A stretch of DNA of 64,000 bases from Flectonema sp. DT1601 (taxonomy: Eukaryota), in contig OZ025796.1 in the NCBI GenBank assembly GCA_964019425.1, positions 868,001-932,000 on the forward strand, written 5' to 3'. Made by a program: the position numbers and the translations under genes. Position 1 is the stretch's first letter. Every line of letters starts with the position of its first letter. The notes under the pieces are model-generated. The model worked only from the letters and a program-made list of their open reading frames with translations, was not told the origin of the DNA and did not search any database. This document shows positions 60,913 through 64,000 of the stretch, piece after piece.

Positions 60913-63243
60913 TCATTGACCAGGAATATCATACTGCGCAATGTGTTGCATATTTTTATTCTTTGCTAGTTTAACGACCTCTATTTGTAACATCCGAAGT
61001 TGCTCAAAGTGAGCAGCTATTAATGAACGAAAGTTTGTTATGAATTGCTTTGGATTATTATCTAAAAGAGCATTTGATAACTCTGGCGGACTGATATCTG
61101 TAACAGAACCTCCCAACTGTACAATCTGAGATCTTCTTCTTGTGAAGACAGATTTATGCATCTCTATAAACTTAACAGCAAAGGCTAAGACCTCTTTAGC
61201 ATTGCGTAATGTTATCAAACGATCTAATTTACTGTGTTGGACTCTCTCATCGAGTGAGATCATCCTAGCAGGTTGTACGTAGTGATATAAAGTAACTTCT
61301 GGAACACTAGCAAAGTTTACTTCCTTACTGTCAACAGCATATGGATGCATCTCCATGTGACTGAAGACAGAAATCTTTAAGCCCAACAGTGACAGCAACA
61401 GTCCCGTCAGTAGATCTGGACAATAGCAAATCAAGTCGAGTTTACTACCAAAGAATTTCATAAAATAAGAAACATTTTCAGCATACAATCTTGCAGCAGG
61501 TTTTGACAAAATCCACGCTGTTCCACCTGAAGTCCATTCAAACATATTTTCGTAACGTTGATTCCAATCAGGAAAAGCTGCTGATAACTTCTCGGTTGTG
61601 GTTACTTTTTGAATCCAATTCCAGGCATCAGAGTGGTTTAGTCTTTCTCTGTAAGAAGTTCTCGCTAACCATAGTGGTTCCTTACTGTCATATTGCTCTA
61701 GTCCGTTTAGCAGGAAGTCAGTATTTATGTAGGTATCATCACCTACTATAATGAACCACTCAGCTGACTTTCCTTTAATAAAAAGTTCCTTAAGTCCAAG
61801 TAGTTGAAGTCTTTGTGCGTTAGTGTGTTCATTCTCTACTTTGATTAAAGGATCCTTTGCTGCTAGTGTGGTAACAGATAAAGTGTTTTTATCAATTCCA
61901 AAAACGGTTCTCTCATCAGCAGCAGTAAATGTCATTCGAAATTTGATTGAAGACAGCCAAGTGTCTTCACATATCGCAGCTCTACTATAGAGTAAAGACT
62001 CACCGCTATATAATCCTATGGCTAGAGAATCCTCATTATATCGACCAAAAGGAACGTGATAGGGTGTCATGGGATTGCCTATCTTATCACAGTACCACTT
62101 CGGAGACAAAGCCTCTGCTAAAGGCGGATTAAAAGAAGCAGTCTGAGAATGATGACAAGGTATCAAACCAACTCTACTTCTCCAAGCTTCATAATCAGCA
62201 TCACTACATAAGAATGATTCGACTAAAATAGGAAATCCGTTAGGCGGTTCCGGCACTGCAGTTGGAGGTGGAGGTGGTGGTGTTGGAGCATTTGTAATCC
62301 CAGGTCTGATATAACCACATGTGCCGCTATCATACTTCTTATCCTTTATTCGTTTTCTTATAACTCTAAACAAGATACAGATGTTGTCTTCATAATTATA
62401 ACTGTATCCTATACAACGAACATCTAAACATTCTCCTATGCAATTACCAGTTGACATAGACCGAAATGAGCTTATGATATCACCTTCTTCACCAAGTACT
62501 TTAGTAGATATATCTGTTGTACATGAATTATAAGAACGAATAGATCCAAGTGATGTTAATTCAGGAGATGCTGTCACGTAACGGAGACATGCTCCTGAAG
62601 AGTGAGTCACGTCAACATGTCGCTCAATGCGAGACGCAAAATGATGACAGCTTTGATCACCTGATCTGTAATTAAAATATGAACAGTCGATTTCCCTCCA
62701 GCAAGATGTCGCACAATCGACGTCTGTTGTGGCAAATTTCTCCTCAATAAATTGACCACTCCACCAGACACCAGGTTCAATAGTACAGTTTGTGTGTTTG
62801 GGAAGTTCGTACTTTTCACAGTAACCAGCACTGTGTTTATCATCTTGGTGACGCTTTGTTCGAGTTGAGAACAAGTGGCAGACTTTATCATTTCGAAAAT
62901 TAAAATAACTACAAAGTCTGTTCTGTGAACATAAAATTTCACATTCTTTAATTGACTTATCGTTAGCAGAAGATACAAACTCCCCCTCATACCATGTACT
63001 GTTTTCTACCTTGCATGATGGTGGTGGTGGTGGGCTGCTTGTCTTCGCTGACAATATCCCTGAAGCCCTCTGCTGCGCCTTCTGCTGTGCCTCAACTGCT
63101 ATCATTGCCACAACGTGATCGACGCGTGCGTCTTCAGCCCCTCTCGACATCCCTCCAACAAGAAGGTAAGTCACAATTACCAACGGACATATTAAAAGTA
63201 GCAATGCACGTCGGGGGGACTTGCTACTTGTTGCGCTGTGCAT
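60913..63243 (-). CDS. Type II membrane GT31/Fringe-like glycosyltransferase with three PAN/apple domains (776 aa)
   Basis: N-terminal TM helix, three C-x3-C-x4/5-C..(F/Y)xY...C repeats, then TWL, WFIIVGDDTYIN (DxD-type motif), SGGTAWILS and D..GLLL..LG motifs. Confidence 0.85.
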   Translation of the reverse strand: MHSATSSKSPRRALLLLICPLVIVTYLLVGGMSRGAEDARVDHVVAMIAVEAQQKAQQRASGILSAKTSSPPPPPSCKVENSTWYEGEFVSSANDKSIKECEILCSQNRLCSYFNFRNDKVCHLFSTRTKRHQDDKHSAGYCEKYELPKHTNCTIEPGVWWSGQFIEEKFATTDVDCATSCWREIDCSYFNYRSGDQSCHHFASRIERHVDVTHSSGACLRYVTASPELTSLGSIRSYNSCTTDISTKVLGEEGDIISSFRSMSTGNCIGECLDVRCIGYSYNYEDNICILFRVIRKRIKDKKYDSGTCGYIRPGITNAPTPPPPPPTAVPEPPNGFPILVESFLCSDADYEAWRSRVGLIPCHHSQTASFNPPLAEALSPKWYCDKIGNPMTPYHVPFGRYNEDSLAIGLYSGESLLYSRAAICEDTWLSSIKFRMTFTAADERTVFGIDKNTLSVTTLAAKDPLIKVENEHTNAQRLQLLGLKELFIKGKSAEWFIIVGDDTYINTDFLLNGLEQYDSKEPLWLARTSYRERLNHSDAWNWIQKVTTTEKLSAAFPDWNQRYENMFEWTSGGTAWILSKPAARLYAENVSYFMKFFGSKLDLICYCPDLLTGLLLSLLGLKISVFSHMEMHPYAVDSKEVNFASVPEVTLYHYVQPARMISLDERVQHSKLDRLITLRNAKEVLAFAVKFIEMHKSVFTRRRSQIVQLGGSVTDISPPELSNALLDNNPKQFITNFRSLIAAHFEQLRMLQIEVVKLAKNKNMQHIAQYDIPGQ

Positions 63244-63737
63244 TACTTTGCACTGCAGCCTATTCGAGGAAGTGAATTTTTACAAACAGACTGTAGTGTA
63301 ATACTCAAAGGGTTTAGCAACCTGTGCTATCCCGCGGTAACAAATGGAAGGTTTCCACATGTAAACTGGCACACTAAGAACACCACTAATTAACACGGAC
63401 AGCTTCCATGTTAATGGACAGGGAAGGATTCATGCTCGCTATTTAAAGAAAACAGCTGCATCGTTACAGAATACAGAAATATTGAGAAGGGTCACAAATC
63501 ACTTCACAAAATAATAATCAGTTCGCAATTCAACCTTTTAGGTGGAAGAAAATGAAAGTATAGAGCCCAACAAGTACTTACAGTAAAATCGAAAGTCGAA
63601 GGGAATGAAAAAGATACTCTAAGGAGAGAGAGAGAGGGAGAGATCCAGTCTCAGATTTTAATAATATTGAACCTCGATTACGAAATAGATGGTTCCGTGT
63701 TGGAGTACAGAATGTCTTCTCACCTATCTGTTGGTGA

Positions 63738-64000
63738 TTATTTGCTTCCCCAAATTTCAGGCCACTTTTGATTGATTTGTTGCTTTGATGTATTCTTTCC
63801 TTGAGGACTGAGAACTTGTGTCCAGGTATTATCAGATATCCAGACTTCAAGTTGGTCTTCACTTCCTGGTTTTGATAATTCCCAATACATCCACGGCATA
63901 TCATTCTGTAGAGCTACTTTAATTTGATCGTTAGTGTGGTTAGCCTTTTTGTTTCCATAGGAACCAAATTCTTGAAGAAAAATTCTTTTTTGACCACTGT
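63738..64000 (-). CDS. C-terminal fragment of a glycoside hydrolase (GH5/clan GH-A-like); 5' part lies outside the window
   Basis: Hand translation from 63998: SGQKRIFLQEFGSYGNKKANHTNDQIKVALQNDMPWMYWELSKPGSEDQLEVWISDNTW...WPEIWGSK*. Nucleophile-type xEFG and beta-8 PWMYW motifs. Confidence 0.7.
   Translation of the reverse strand, partial: SGQKRIFLQEFGSYGNKKANHTNDQIKVALQNDMPWMYWELSKPGSEDQLEVWISDNTWTQVLSPQGKNTSKQQINQKWPEIWGSK

Noticed and set aside
1..64000. rRNA, tRNA, spliced-leader RNA genes, CRISPR arrays, or transposase/RT ORFs
   Set aside because: None recognised by eye; a covariance-model scan would be needed to exclude small RNA genes.

Overview
AT-rich eukaryotic genomic DNA. All ~21 supportable protein genes lie on the minus strand. 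Most have a pyrimidine tract plus AG just upstream of the ATG and only a few short GT-AG introns (25-92 nt). This suggests a polycistronic, trans-spliced gene cluster of a euglenozoan, probably a diplonemid (inference, not proven). The gene-dense flanks (1-26.7 kb, 56.4-64 kb) encode a vWA/Cys-rich secreted protein, an AlkB-like dioxygenase, a PAN-domain membrane protein, Derlin, a divergent actin-fold protein, a mitochondrial carrier, a class 3 lipase, an NSUN6-like m5C methyltransferase, a NEK kinase, a PAN+GT31 glycosyltransferase, a GH5-like C-terminus and an unusual ~1190-aa protein with seven globin domains plus cytochrome b5. The centre (~27-56 kb) is gene-poor and repeat-rich. Its only credible genes are long and short paralogs of one orphan family, and it holds a 2.2-kb tandem duplication with a fold-back junction, several hairpins and three dispersed repeat families. 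The most striking signal is in one repeat family (29.2, 42.4, 46.5-46.8 and 51.5 kb). Its minus strand carries all hammerhead-ribozyme core elements in a non-circularly permuted strand order (CUGAUGA strand, then cleavage strand, then GAAA strand). One locus is laid out like a ~345-nt retrozyme-type monomer starting near the predicted cleavage site. Each copy here has a core defect, so activity is predicted only for the consensus and is untested.
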